Source: Rhodospirillaceae bacterium
GTDB lineage: Bacteria > Pseudomonadota > Alphaproteobacteria > Rhodospirillales > UBA2165
Reading direction: 5' to 3'
Assembly: GCA_947467145.1 (NCBI GenBank)
Contig: CANIGJ010000002.1
Coordinates: 168,441-232,440, forward strand
Length of the DNA stretch: 64,000 nucleotides
The notes under the pieces are model-generated. The model made no database searches and was not told the DNA's origin. It saw only the letters and a list, made by a program, of their open reading frames with translations. A program made the position numbers and the translations under genes. Numbering within the stretch: the stretch's first letter is position 1; every line of letters begins with the position of its first letter. Shown here in pieces: positions 45,606-54,163 of this stretch.

Positions 45606-46217
45606 CTAACTACGTTTTGGGCGCAGCATTTCGAATCGGTCGGTCGTGCGCGCATAGGTGCCGGGTCCCTGCATCCGGCCGATCAGGTCGAGGTCCACCG
45701 TTTTGACGTAGCCGCGCGCGCGGTCGAGGACGAATTCGTCCTGCACATGGATGGCCAGGATTTTACCCAGCACGATGGTCCGCCCTTTGCCGACATCCAG
45801 CGCCATCAGGCGTTCGCATTCGAACGACACCGGCGCTTCGGCGATGCGCGGCGGTTTCACGCGATGCGACGCCAATTGGGTCAAGCCGACCTCGGCCAAT
45901 TCATCGACGTCTTTGGGAAATTCGAACGACGTTTCATTCATCTGCACGCCCAATGAATGACTGACCAGGTTCACCACGAATTGGCCCGTGCGGCTGATAT
46001 TGCCGGCGGTGTCCTTGGCGCCCGCCACACCGGGGCCCATGCCGAACGCGAGGATAGGCGGATCGTCTGTCATCGTGTTGAAGCACGAAAACGGCGCCGC
46101 GTTCACCGTGCCGTCGATGTCTTGCGTGGTGACCCAGGCAATGGGGCGGGGGACGATGGTCGACAGCACGATCTTATAAATATTGGCCGCTGGCGTGTCG
46201 GCGGTATCGAACAACAT
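45606..46217 (-). CDS. Flavin reductase-like (FMN-binding split-barrel) protein
   Basis: 203 aa. IVPRPIAWVTTQDIDGTVNAAPFSCFN is the flavin reductase domain signature. Confidence 0.85.
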   Translation of the reverse strand: MLFDTADTPAANIYKIVLSTIVPRPIAWVTTQDIDGTVNAAPFSCFNTMTDDPPILAFGMGPGVAGAKDTAGNISRTGQFVVNLVSHSLGVQMNETSFEFPKDVDELAEVGLTQLASHRVKPPRIAEAPVSFECERLMALDVGKGRTIVLGKILAIHVQDEFVLDRARGYVKTVDLDLIGRMQGPGTYARTTDRFEMLRPKRS

Positions 46218-46249
46218 TACGCTTCCTCACTACATATTCTGTACGCTGC

Positions 46250-46275
46250 GGCGCGCTCGCCGGAACGAGCGCGCC
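46250..46275 (-). terminator. GC hairpin downstream of SBP paralog C
   Basis: GGCGCGCTCG-ccggaa-CGAGCGCGCC, a perfect 10-bp stem. No clear U-tract. Confidence 0.4.
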
Positions 46276-46289
46276 GGATCGTGCTCAAT

Positions 46290-47828
46290 CTATTTCCAAG
46301 TGAAGTCGCCGATATTCGTATTGGTATCGGTCAGCGGGTTGTCGTTGATCTTCACCTCCTTGGAATGGATGTAGGCTGCCGGCAAGGTATGCACCGCCAT
46401 CATGAAGCCTTCCTGATTGATGCGATCGAACACCTGTTTGTATTTATCGGCGCGGCTCTTCTGATCGAAGATGTTCAGCGCCTCCTCGGCCCAGCCGCGG
46501 ATCGGCGCGTCATCCCAATAATCGCGCCGCTTGTCGAAGAAGAAGATATCCATCGGGTGCGAGGCGTCCGCCGTCGTATAAGGCCGCTCGCCGATATAGG
46601 CCTGCAGCTTGCCGTCGGCGCGCGCCTTGTCGAGCGCGCTGATCTGCAGCAATTGCACCGTCGTCTTCACGCCGATGGCCTGCCAATAGCCGGCGAGACC
46701 GACGGCGGTATCCTTCGACGGATTGCGCGAGATGAGTTCAAGCTCGAAGCCGTTGGGATAGCCGGCTTCGGCCAGCAGCTTTTTCGCCTCGACCGGATTG
46801 TAGGCGTAGGGCGGCACGGCCGGGTTTTCGCAACCCTGCATATAGGTGCGGCACATGGAATCCAGTTTCTGCGCCGCGTGGCCGCCGGCCGCCAGATGCT
46901 TGATCAACGCATCGCGGTCGATCGCCATGATCAGCGCTTTGCGCACGCGCACGTCCTGCACCGCCTTGTTGCCCGAGCGGCCCATGGCGTCGAATTGCAG
47001 ATAGATCATGGTGTCGCTGTCGAAGGTGGAGATTTCGAGATTCTTGTTCTTCGCCATCTCGGCCATGTGATCGGGCGAGGGGTCGCGCATGATCTCGACG
47101 CCGCCGGTCATGACTTGCGCGATCTGCACGTCCTGATCGGGAATGAAAACGCCCTCGATGCGACTGACGCGCGCTTTCTGACGGTATTCGCTGGCCGTGA
47201 ATTTCTCATTGGGCACCAGCGCGATCGCCTTGTTGGATTCGAACTGCGCGATCTTATAGGGGCCGGTGCCGATGGGATTGCGGCCGTAAGTCGTCTTGTC
47301 GTCCATCTTGGCATGGACTTTGGAATTTTCCTGCCAGGTATAGCCGCCCATATCGAGCAGATCCTTCGGCGTGTTCTTCACCATGCGCAGGCGGAATTTG
47401 TAAGGCCCGAGTTTCTCCGCGCCCTTCGCCCACATGTAGCGCGGCTTGTTGTGGATGCGCGCATCGGGCGAGATCATCCAATTGATGAAATAGACCGCAT
47501 CGTCGGCGTCGTATTTATCGCCGTTGGAAAACACGATGTCGTCGCGCAGTTCGATGTCGTAGACCCCGGGCTCGACCTGGGCCCACGCCTTGGCCAACAG
47601 CGGCACGACCTTGTGCTTGCGGGAATCATACCCGACCAGCGTTTCGTAGATCGTCTCGTACATCGGCGAGGCTTCGAAATGCGTGAAAAAATACGGATCC
47701 AGCAGGCGGATCGATTCCGAGGTGACGAAGCGCATCGTATCCTTGGACTTCTGCGCGGACGCCGGCATGGCATGGATGGCAAGCCCGGCCGCGAGGCCGA
47801 TCGCGGCCAGGTTCAATGCGATTTTCAT
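46290..47828 (-). CDS. ABC transporter substrate-binding protein, family 5, paralog C
   Basis: 512 aa. Signal peptide then AQKSKDTMRFV, C-terminal GDFTWK. Close paralog of the next gene. Confidence 0.85.
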   Translation of the reverse strand: MKIALNLAAIGLAAGLAIHAMPASAQKSKDTMRFVTSESIRLLDPYFFTHFEASPMYETIYETLVGYDSRKHKVVPLLAKAWAQVEPGVYDIELRDDIVFSNGDKYDADDAVYFINWMISPDARIHNKPRYMWAKGAEKLGPYKFRLRMVKNTPKDLLDMGGYTWQENSKVHAKMDDKTTYGRNPIGTGPYKIAQFESNKAIALVPNEKFTASEYRQKARVSRIEGVFIPDQDVQIAQVMTGGVEIMRDPSPDHMAEMAKNKNLEISTFDSDTMIYLQFDAMGRSGNKAVQDVRVRKALIMAIDRDALIKHLAAGGHAAQKLDSMCRTYMQGCENPAVPPYAYNPVEAKKLLAEAGYPNGFELELISRNPSKDTAVGLAGYWQAIGVKTTVQLLQISALDKARADGKLQAYIGERPYTTADASHPMDIFFFDKRRDYWDDAPIRGWAEEALNIFDQKSRADKYKQVFDRINQEGFMMAVHTLPAAYIHSKEVKINDNPLTDTNTNIGDFTWK

Positions 47829-47885
47829 TATGTGTCTCCCTGTATTTTTATAGCTTGGTTTTATCTTTTGGCTCTTATGGCTCGG

Positions 47886-49439
47886 CTATTTCCAGCCGAA
47901 ATCGGAAATCATCGTGTCGTAATCCACCAGCGGGTTCGGGAAAATCTTCACATCCTTGGTGTGGATATAGACCGACGGCAGCGTATGGATCGGCAGCATC
48001 ATGGCTTCCTCATTGATGCGGTCGAAAATCTTTTTGTAATGCTGCGCGCGTTTGGGCGCATCGAAGATCGTGTAGCCCTCGTTGGCCCAATCGACCATCT
48101 GCTTGTCCTGCCAATAATCGCGGCGCGGATCGAGGAAGAAGATCTCGGTGACGTGGCTGGCATCCGACGTCGTCAGCGGCCGTTCGCCGATATAGGTCTG
48201 CAGCTTGCCGTCGGCGCGCGCCTTGTCGAGCGTCACGATGGTCATGAGCTGCACGCTCGTCTTCACGCCCACCGCGTTCCAGTAGCCGGCCACCGCGACG
48301 GCGGCGTCTTTGGACGGTTGACGCGACGCGAGCTCGATCTCGAGCCCGCTCGCATAGCCAGCTTCGGCGAGCAATTTCTTGGCGGCGGCCGGATCGAACT
48401 TGTAGGGCGCAACCGGTGTCGCTTCGCAGGCCAGCATGTCGTCGAAGCACATGGAATCGAGGCGCTTGGCCGATGTGCCGCCGGCGGCGATATGCTGGAT
48501 CATCTCGTCGCGATTGATCGCCATGGTCAGCGCCTTGCGCACGCGCACATCGCTGAGCGCCTTGTTGCCGGCGCGATTGGCCTGATCGTATTGCAGATAG
48601 ATCATGTTGTGCGAGCCGACGGACGAGACGGCGAGGTTTGGGTTTTTCGACAATTCGCTGACCTGGTCGGGCGTCGGATCGCGCATGATATCGATGCCGC
48701 CGGTCATCAGCTGAGCCATCTGCACCTGCTGGTCGGGGATATAAACGGCTTCCAGGCGTTTGACGCGCGCACTCACGCCGTCGCCGCCCGGTTTGAATTT
48801 CTCGTTCGGCGTCATGACGATGGCTTTGTTCGATTCCATCTCGATGACCTTGTAAGGCCCGGTGCCGATGGGATTGCGGCCGTAACTTTCGTTGTTTTCA
48901 CCCAGCGCCTTATGCACTTTGGAATTTTCGCCCCAGGTATAGGCGCCCACATCGAGCAGGTCCTTCGGCGTCGGCTTGGCGACCGTGATGCGGACCTTGT
49001 AGGGGCCGAGCTTCTCGGCGCTCTTGGCCCACAGGTAACGCGGCTTGTTGTGGATGCGCGTTTTCGGATCGATAGCGAAATTGATGAAATAGACCACGTC
49101 GTCGGCGTCGAACTTATCGCCGTTGCTGAACAGAACGTCGTCGCGCAGCTCGAACTCATAGACGCCGGGTTCCGGCGAGGTCCAGGATTTGGCGAGGATG
49201 CCGACGAATTTATGGTGGCGCGCGTCGTAGCCGACGAGGTTCTCGTACATCGTGCGGTAGATCGGCGCCGCCTCGAAATGGGTGAAGAAGAACGGGTCGA
49301 GCAGCTTGATCGATTCGGAGGTCGAAAAACGGATCGTGTCTTTCGCCTTCTGCGCCTGGGCCGGCCCCGCTGCATATGTGACGGCGCATGCGATGGCGAA
49401 CGCGGCAGCGAAGCTCGCGCCGATCAGACCCTGTTTCAT
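47886..49439 (-). CDS. ABC transporter substrate-binding protein, family 5, paralog D
   Basis: 517 aa. Signal peptide then AQKAKDTIRFS, C-terminal SDFGWK. Confidence 0.85.
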   Translation of the reverse strand: MKQGLIGASFAAAFAIACAVTYAAGPAQAQKAKDTIRFSTSESIKLLDPFFFTHFEAAPIYRTMYENLVGYDARHHKFVGILAKSWTSPEPGVYEFELRDDVLFSNGDKFDADDVVYFINFAIDPKTRIHNKPRYLWAKSAEKLGPYKVRITVAKPTPKDLLDVGAYTWGENSKVHKALGENNESYGRNPIGTGPYKVIEMESNKAIVMTPNEKFKPGGDGVSARVKRLEAVYIPDQQVQMAQLMTGGIDIMRDPTPDQVSELSKNPNLAVSSVGSHNMIYLQYDQANRAGNKALSDVRVRKALTMAINRDEMIQHIAAGGTSAKRLDSMCFDDMLACEATPVAPYKFDPAAAKKLLAEAGYASGLEIELASRQPSKDAAVAVAGYWNAVGVKTSVQLMTIVTLDKARADGKLQTYIGERPLTTSDASHVTEIFFLDPRRDYWQDKQMVDWANEGYTIFDAPKRAQHYKKIFDRINEEAMMLPIHTLPSVYIHTKDVKIFPNPLVDYDTMISDFGWK

Positions 49440-49527
49440 TTCCGTCTCCCTGTTCTTGAGTGGGCAAAAGCCACCCGAACCTTAGTCCATCCCGAAAATC
49501 CGTCAAAGTATGGTTTTGTAACGAAAT

Positions 49528-49559
49528 GGGCCCCGTCCCAGAAAACTGGAACGGGGCCC
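49528..49559 (-). terminator. Strong hairpin, terminator candidate after the amidohydrolase gene
   Basis: GGGCCCCGT-c-CCAG-aaaa-CTGG-a-ACGGGGCCC (9+4 bp). On the minus strand it is followed by ATTTCGTT. Confidence 0.45.
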
Positions 49560-49600
49560 GGATGGCGGAAATCTCAACCGTTTCGCGGAAAGTGGACTGT

Positions 49601-49667
49601 CCTCAGCCTGAGCTTGTCGAAGGATGGGCCAGCGGCACCCGCATCCTTCGACAAGCTCAGGATGAGG
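49601..49667. repeat. REP-like palindromic element, copy 3 (67 bp, diverged)
   Basis: Same element with a paired C->T / G->A change in opposite arms, one unpaired T->G, and a loop 1 nt shorter. Lies 14 nt from the amidohydrolase stop. Confidence 0.9.
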
Positions 49668-49681
49668 TTGGTTATGACTTG

Positions 49682-50902
49682 TTAGATCGTCATGCCCAGC
49701 ACCTTGGCGGCGTTTTTGCCGAGGATGGCGGCCTTTTCGGCATTGCCGAGCTTCTTGGAGCTTTTGATCATCTTCACCGCGCCCCAATCGCGATAGGGGA
49801 AATCGGTGCCCAGGATGACGTGATCCAGCGGATAGGTATCGGCGAGGTATTCGATCATGTGCAGGTCGAACACGCAGGTATCGAGATAGAACTGGCGGAT
49901 ATAGGTGCTGGGCTTCTGATCGATGGCGCCGCGCAGATGCGGGTCGCGGAAGAACGTCGAATCCGAACGGCCGTAATAGAACGGCAGATAGCCGCCGCCG
50001 TGCGACATCATGATCTTCAGCTTCGGATGCCGCGCCATCACGCCCTCATGGATGAGCGACAGCATGGCCAGCGTTTCTTCGAGCGGCTGGCCGACCGTGT
50101 TGGCGAGCCGGAACTTCATGAAGCGGTCTTGGTTGGTGAAGCCCAGCGGATGCAGCAATACGGCCGCACCCAGTTCTTCGGCGCGCTTCCACACCGGCCA
50201 GAATTGTTCCTCGCCCAGATCGTGCCCGCCGATATTGGTCAGGATGTTGATGCCCTTGAGGCCGAGGCTCATGGCATGTTCGAGCGCTTCGATCGCGTGC
50301 GGCGCCGACTGCATCGGCACCATGCCGAGGCCGACGAAACGGTCCGGCGCATGGCGCGTATAATCGCGGATGCCTTCATTGGCGAGCTTGGCGACCTTCA
50401 GGCCGTCCTCACCCGACAGCGAATAATAGGGCGGGTTGGTGTTCATGCTGACGAGCTGGATATCGATGCCGGCTTCGTCCATGCGTTTGACGCGCAGGAT
50501 CGGATCGTTCGCATCGTCGCGCGCCGACGGATTGACGACGCCCTTTTCGCGCGCCGTGGCGGCGGCGTAGCGCGCGGCCTTTTGCGTTTCTTCCTCGCTC
50601 ACCAGGGCGCGCTGCAATTGCGCGGCCTCGGGCACGACGACGTGGGTGTGGATGTCGAGGGCCACCATGCGCGGGGCGCGTTTGGTGGCGACCTTCTTTT
50701 TCGCGACGACTTTCTTCTTCGCCGGAGCTGCCTTCTTTACGGCGACTGTTTTCTTCTTCGCGGCCGCGCGCTTTTTCGTGGCGGCTTTTTTGGCGGCGCG
50801 CCGCGCCTGCGTTTTGTCCTTGGGCTTTTGCGGCAGGCCGTGCGTCGATCTGTTCTTTTTGGCGTTTGTCTTGGTTTTGCGCGCGGCGGCCATCGGAATC
50901 AT
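49682..50902 (-). CDS. Amidohydrolase_2 (ACMSD/LigW-like metal-dependent hydrolase/decarboxylase) with a Lys/Ala-rich N-terminal extension
   Basis: The core starts at MVALDIHTHVV (ATG 50668). It is in frame with ~75 upstream codons rich in K/A. The ATG at 50893 has AGGGGA 8 nt upstream. Confidence 0.8.
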   Translation of the reverse strand: MIPMAAARKTKTNAKKNRSTHGLPQKPKDKTQARRAAKKAATKKRAAAKKKTVAVKKAAPAKKKVVAKKKVATKRAPRMVALDIHTHVVVPEAAQLQRALVSEEETQKAARYAAATAREKGVVNPSARDDANDPILRVKRMDEAGIDIQLVSMNTNPPYYSLSGEDGLKVAKLANEGIRDYTRHAPDRFVGLGMVPMQSAPHAIEALEHAMSLGLKGINILTNIGGHDLGEEQFWPVWKRAEELGAAVLLHPLGFTNQDRFMKFRLANTVGQPLEETLAMLSLIHEGVMARHPKLKIMMSHGGGYLPFYYGRSDSTFFRDPHLRGAIDQKPSTYIRQFYLDTCVFDLHMIEYLADTYPLDHVILGTDFPYRDWGAVKMIKSSKKLGNAEKAAILGKNAAKVLGMTI

Positions 50903-50932
50903 CCCCTAATGAATGCAATCAATTGAATATAA

Positions 50933-50967
50933 GAAAAAGCCCCCGCACGATCTGTCGTACGGGGGCT
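50933..50967 (-). terminator. Rho-independent terminator after the NMT1-type SBP gene
   Basis: 13-position stem AGCCCCCGCACGA / TCGTACGGGGGCT (1 mismatch), 4-nt loop. On the minus strand it is followed by TTTTTCTT. Confidence 0.7.
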
Positions 50968-50992
50968 GACCGTTCAAATCATGTTGGGCAAT

Positions 50993-51994
50993 TCACTTCA
51001 TGAACTCGTCCGTGTAAAGACCGTTGAAGTCCTTGAGGACATCTTTCGGCTCCAGCAGGCCGGCATCGAGGCTGAATTTTTGGGAATTTTCCAATCCCTT
51101 CAGGGTGACCATGCTGCTGCGGTTGTGCGCTTTGACGACCGACGCCCAGGATGCCTTCAGCAAGCCCTGGTCCATCTGCGCGAAGCGTTTCTGCAGGATG
51201 GCAAAGGCCTCGTCCGGCTTATCGACGATGAACTGGGTCGCACCCTTCAAGGCGCGCGCCATCTTCTCGCATTTGACGCGTTCCTTCGCGCAGACTTCCG
51301 GGCGCGTGTAGAGCACGACGTAATCCATCGGGCTGTATTCCGGCATGTCGTTGCCGGGCCCCGACGCCAGCATGATCGCCTGGCCCTTATAGACCGGCTC
51401 GGTGGTGAACGGCAGCGACGTGGCGAAACCGTCGATCTGCTTGGCCATCATGGCCGGCAGCATCGCCGGCGGATCCATGGAGGTGACGCGCACATCGTTG
51501 TCGGGATCGAGCTTCACGCGCCGGGCGGTCAAACGCTGCATCGCGTGGATAATCGACCCGATGCCCTGAACGGCGATGGTCTTGCCCTTCATCGCCTTGA
51601 GCTTGTCTTCCAGCGACGAATTCTCGGTGATGCCCGCGGCATCCGCCACATCCTTGCGCAGCACCAGTTCGACCAGCGGCTTATCGACCAGGCTGCCGAT
51701 CGCCAGCAGGCGTTGGCCGTTGGCCGCCGCGCGCACGAAGGTCGCCCCGGTGCCGACGGTGAAATCGGCGCTGCCCGCGATCACCGCGTTGGTGGATGCG
51801 ACGCCGGTCAGGTTGCGGTCTTCGACCTTCAAGCCCTCTTTGGCATAGAAACCCGCGTCCTGCGCGATGAAGGGCGCCGAGAAGGTCAAGGTCGGGCTTG
51901 GCAGCGCCATGATCAGATTGATCTCTTGCGCTTGGGCATTGGATGCCAAGACGACGCCCGCAAGCAGCGCGAGTTTGGTTACAATCTTCAGCAT
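50993..51994 (-). CDS. ABC substrate-binding protein, NMT1/THI5-like (NitT/TauT family), paralog 1
   Basis: 333 aa. Signal peptide, AQEINLIMALPSPTLTFSAPFIAQDAGFY. Confidence 0.8.
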   Translation of the reverse strand: MLKIVTKLALLAGVVLASNAQAQEINLIMALPSPTLTFSAPFIAQDAGFYAKEGLKVEDRNLTGVASTNAVIAGSADFTVGTGATFVRAAANGQRLLAIGSLVDKPLVELVLRKDVADAAGITENSSLEDKLKAMKGKTIAVQGIGSIIHAMQRLTARRVKLDPDNDVRVTSMDPPAMLPAMMAKQIDGFATSLPFTTEPVYKGQAIMLASGPGNDMPEYSPMDYVVLYTRPEVCAKERVKCEKMARALKGATQFIVDKPDEAFAILQKRFAQMDQGLLKASWASVVKAHNRSSMVTLKGLENSQKFSLDAGLLEPKDVLKDFNGLYTDEFMK

Positions 51995-52009
51995 AGGAAT
52001 CTCCCTGTA

Positions 52010-53029
52010 TTATTTTCCTTTGGCGAATTCATCCGTCCAAAGGCCTTTGTAATCCTTCACCTGATTCTTGGGATCGAGCAGGCCGGCGTCGAGCGTCCAC
52101 TTCTGCGAATTATCCAGGGTGTTCTCTTTCACCGCGACGTCGGCGGTATGCGCGGCGGCGGCGACCTTCCAGGCTTCTTCGAGCACTTTCGGATCCATCT
52201 TCTCGAAACGCTTCTTGATCAACGCATAAGTCTCGTCCGGCTTTTCCTTCATGAAGCGGGCGGTCTCGGCGAAGGCCGCAACCATGCGCGCGCACTTCTC
52301 GCGTTCCTTGGTGCATTTGCCCGGTCGCCCGCCGAGCGTGGTGTAGCCGAGCGGCTGGTATTCCGGCATGTCGCCGGTCGGGCCGCTGACCAGGATGATG
52401 CCTTCACCTTTGACGACCGCTTCGGTGGTGAAGGGCAACGAGGTCGAATAGCCGTCGATCTGTTTGTTGGAGAGCGCGGCCAGCATGCTCGCCGGGTCCA
52501 TCGGCGTGACGCGGATGTCGGCTTCGGGATCGTAACCGCCGCGCCGCGCGGCGAGGCGCGGCAGCGAATGCGTCATCGAGCCGATGCCCTGCACTGCGAT
52601 GGTTTTGCCCTTCATGAGCTTGATGCGATCGGCGAGCGGCGAGGCCGACGTGATGCCGGCTTTGTCGGCGATGTCTTTGCGGATGACGATCTCGACCATG
52701 GGTTTGTCGACCATGTTGGCGATCATCAGCATGGGTTGGCCCATGGCAGCGCCGTTGAGCATCGTGGCGATGGAGCCCAACAGGAAATCGGCGCTGCCGT
52801 TGATCACGGCGTTGTTGGAGGCCACGCCCGCGAGGAAGCGTTGTTCGACCTTCAAGCCGTTCTTCTTGAAGAAGCCGCCATCCTCGGCAATGAAAGCCGA
52901 GGCAAAGGTCAACGTATTGGTGGGCAGCGCGAGCAGCACATCGATATCCTGCGCGCGTGTGCTGGTGGGCAATAGCCCTGCGACAAGGGCAAGCGTCAGC
53001 GCGGCGACGCGCGATGTGAGATGAAACAT
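52010..53029 (-). CDS. ABC substrate-binding protein, NMT1/THI5-like, paralog 2
   Basis: Start preferred at MFHLTSRVAALTLALVAG (53029). AQDIDVLLALPTNTLTFASAFIAEDGGFF. Confidence 0.8.
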   Translation of the reverse strand: MFHLTSRVAALTLALVAGLLPTSTRAQDIDVLLALPTNTLTFASAFIAEDGGFFKKNGLKVEQRFLAGVASNNAVINGSADFLLGSIATMLNGAAMGQPMLMIANMVDKPMVEIVIRKDIADKAGITSASPLADRIKLMKGKTIAVQGIGSMTHSLPRLAARRGGYDPEADIRVTPMDPASMLAALSNKQIDGYSTSLPFTTEAVVKGEGIILVSGPTGDMPEYQPLGYTTLGGRPGKCTKEREKCARMVAAFAETARFMKEKPDETYALIKKRFEKMDPKVLEEAWKVAAAAHTADVAVKENTLDNSQKWTLDAGLLDPKNQVKDYKGLWTDEFAKGK

Positions 53030-53152
53030 TAAAGCCTCCCGTAAGCTTTTCCGGTGTCTATTTTTCAGACTTATTCTCCGGTACAATGCGCCAACAGGTC
53101 AAAAGCCGCAACAGGCGACGCCGCAACACAAGCGGCCCAGGGAGATGTTACT

Positions 53153-54163
53153 TTGCGACGCATAATTAGTCTTTTTGCGCTTTCGATGAGCCTTGTTCTG
53201 GGCGCGCAGCAACAGGCGCGCGCGCAAGCCGAGATCAGTACGGTTCTCGTGCTGCCGGTCGCCTCGCTCAGTTATGCCGCGCCCTGGATCATGGAAGACG
53301 CCGGCATCTATAAGCAGCTCGGCCTGAAGGTCGAGACGCGTTTGCTGGTCGGTGTCGCCGCCAATAACGCTGTCATCAACGGCAGCGCCGACTTCATGTT
53401 GGGTACCGCCGCGACCGCGCTGATCGGCGCTTCCAAGGGTCAGCCGATGTTGATGCTGGCCAACATGGTCGATCGCCCGGGCGCCGAGATCGTGTTGCGC
53501 AAGGATGTTGCCGACGCCGCCGGTATTAAAGAAGACGCCCCACTCGCCGACCGGCTCAAGGTGCTGAAAGGCAAGACCATCGGCGTCGCCGGCATCGGCA
53601 GCGCCAATCATGCCTTCCTGAAGCTGATGGCGCATAAGGGCGGGCTCGATTCCGAAAGGGACTTCACCGTCGCCATCGTCGATGCCGGCGCGATGATGGG
53701 GGCCATGGCCGCCAAACGCATCGACGGCTTTTCCAACTCGCCGCCGTTCTCGACCGAAGCCGCTGTCAAGATGGACGGCATGATCCTCGCTAGTGCCGGG
53801 CGTGACGACGTGCTCGATTATCTGCCGTTGGGCCAGACCGTCCTGATGGCGATGCCCGCGACCTGTCAGAAGCAACGCGACAAATGTGCGCGCATGACCG
53901 AAGCCTATCGCCTGGCGGCGCAGTTCGTGAAGGATAAGCCCGCCGAGACGTTGGAGATCATCAAGAAGCGCAACGAGCGCATGGATCCGGCGGTGTTGGT
54001 CAAAGCGTGGGAAGCGGTGTCGAAAACCTTCACCACCGATCTTCGGGTCACGACCCAGATGCTGGACAACGGCCAGCGTTACAGCACCAACGCCGGGCTG
54101 TTGCAGCCCGACGAGACGATCAAGGATTTTAAAGGCCTGTTTACTGATGAGTTCTTGAAATGA
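53153..54163 (+). CDS. ABC substrate-binding protein, NMT1/THI5-like, paralog 3
   Basis: The ORF track starts at 53054. I prefer TTG 53153, with GGAGA 7 nt upstream, giving LRRIISLFALSMSLVLGAQQQARA as a signal peptide. Confidence 0.75.
   Translation: MRRIISLFALSMSLVLGAQQQARAQAEISTVLVLPVASLSYAAPWIMEDAGIYKQLGLKVETRLLVGVAANNAVINGSADFMLGTAATALIGASKGQPMLMLANMVDRPGAEIVLRKDVADAAGIKEDAPLADRLKVLKGKTIGVAGIGSANHAFLKLMAHKGGLDSERDFTVAIVDAGAMMGAMAAKRIDGFSNSPPFSTEAAVKMDGMILASAGRDDVLDYLPLGQTVLMAMPATCQKQRDKCARMTEAYRLAAQFVKDKPAETLEIIKKRNERMDPAVLVKAWEAVSKTFTTDLRVTTQMLDNGQRYSTNAGLLQPDETIKDFKGLFTDEFLK

Noticed and set aside
45957-49685. 1242-aa ORF on the plus strand, the longest in the track
   Set aside because: It runs antisense across the flavin reductase gene and both tandem SBP genes. 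Its translation is R/G/A/D/H-rich and low in complexity (for example RRRRAEDRIDAVGAQ-type strings) with no recognisable domain. It exists only because GC-rich third positions of the real minus-strand genes remove stop codons from the opposite frame.
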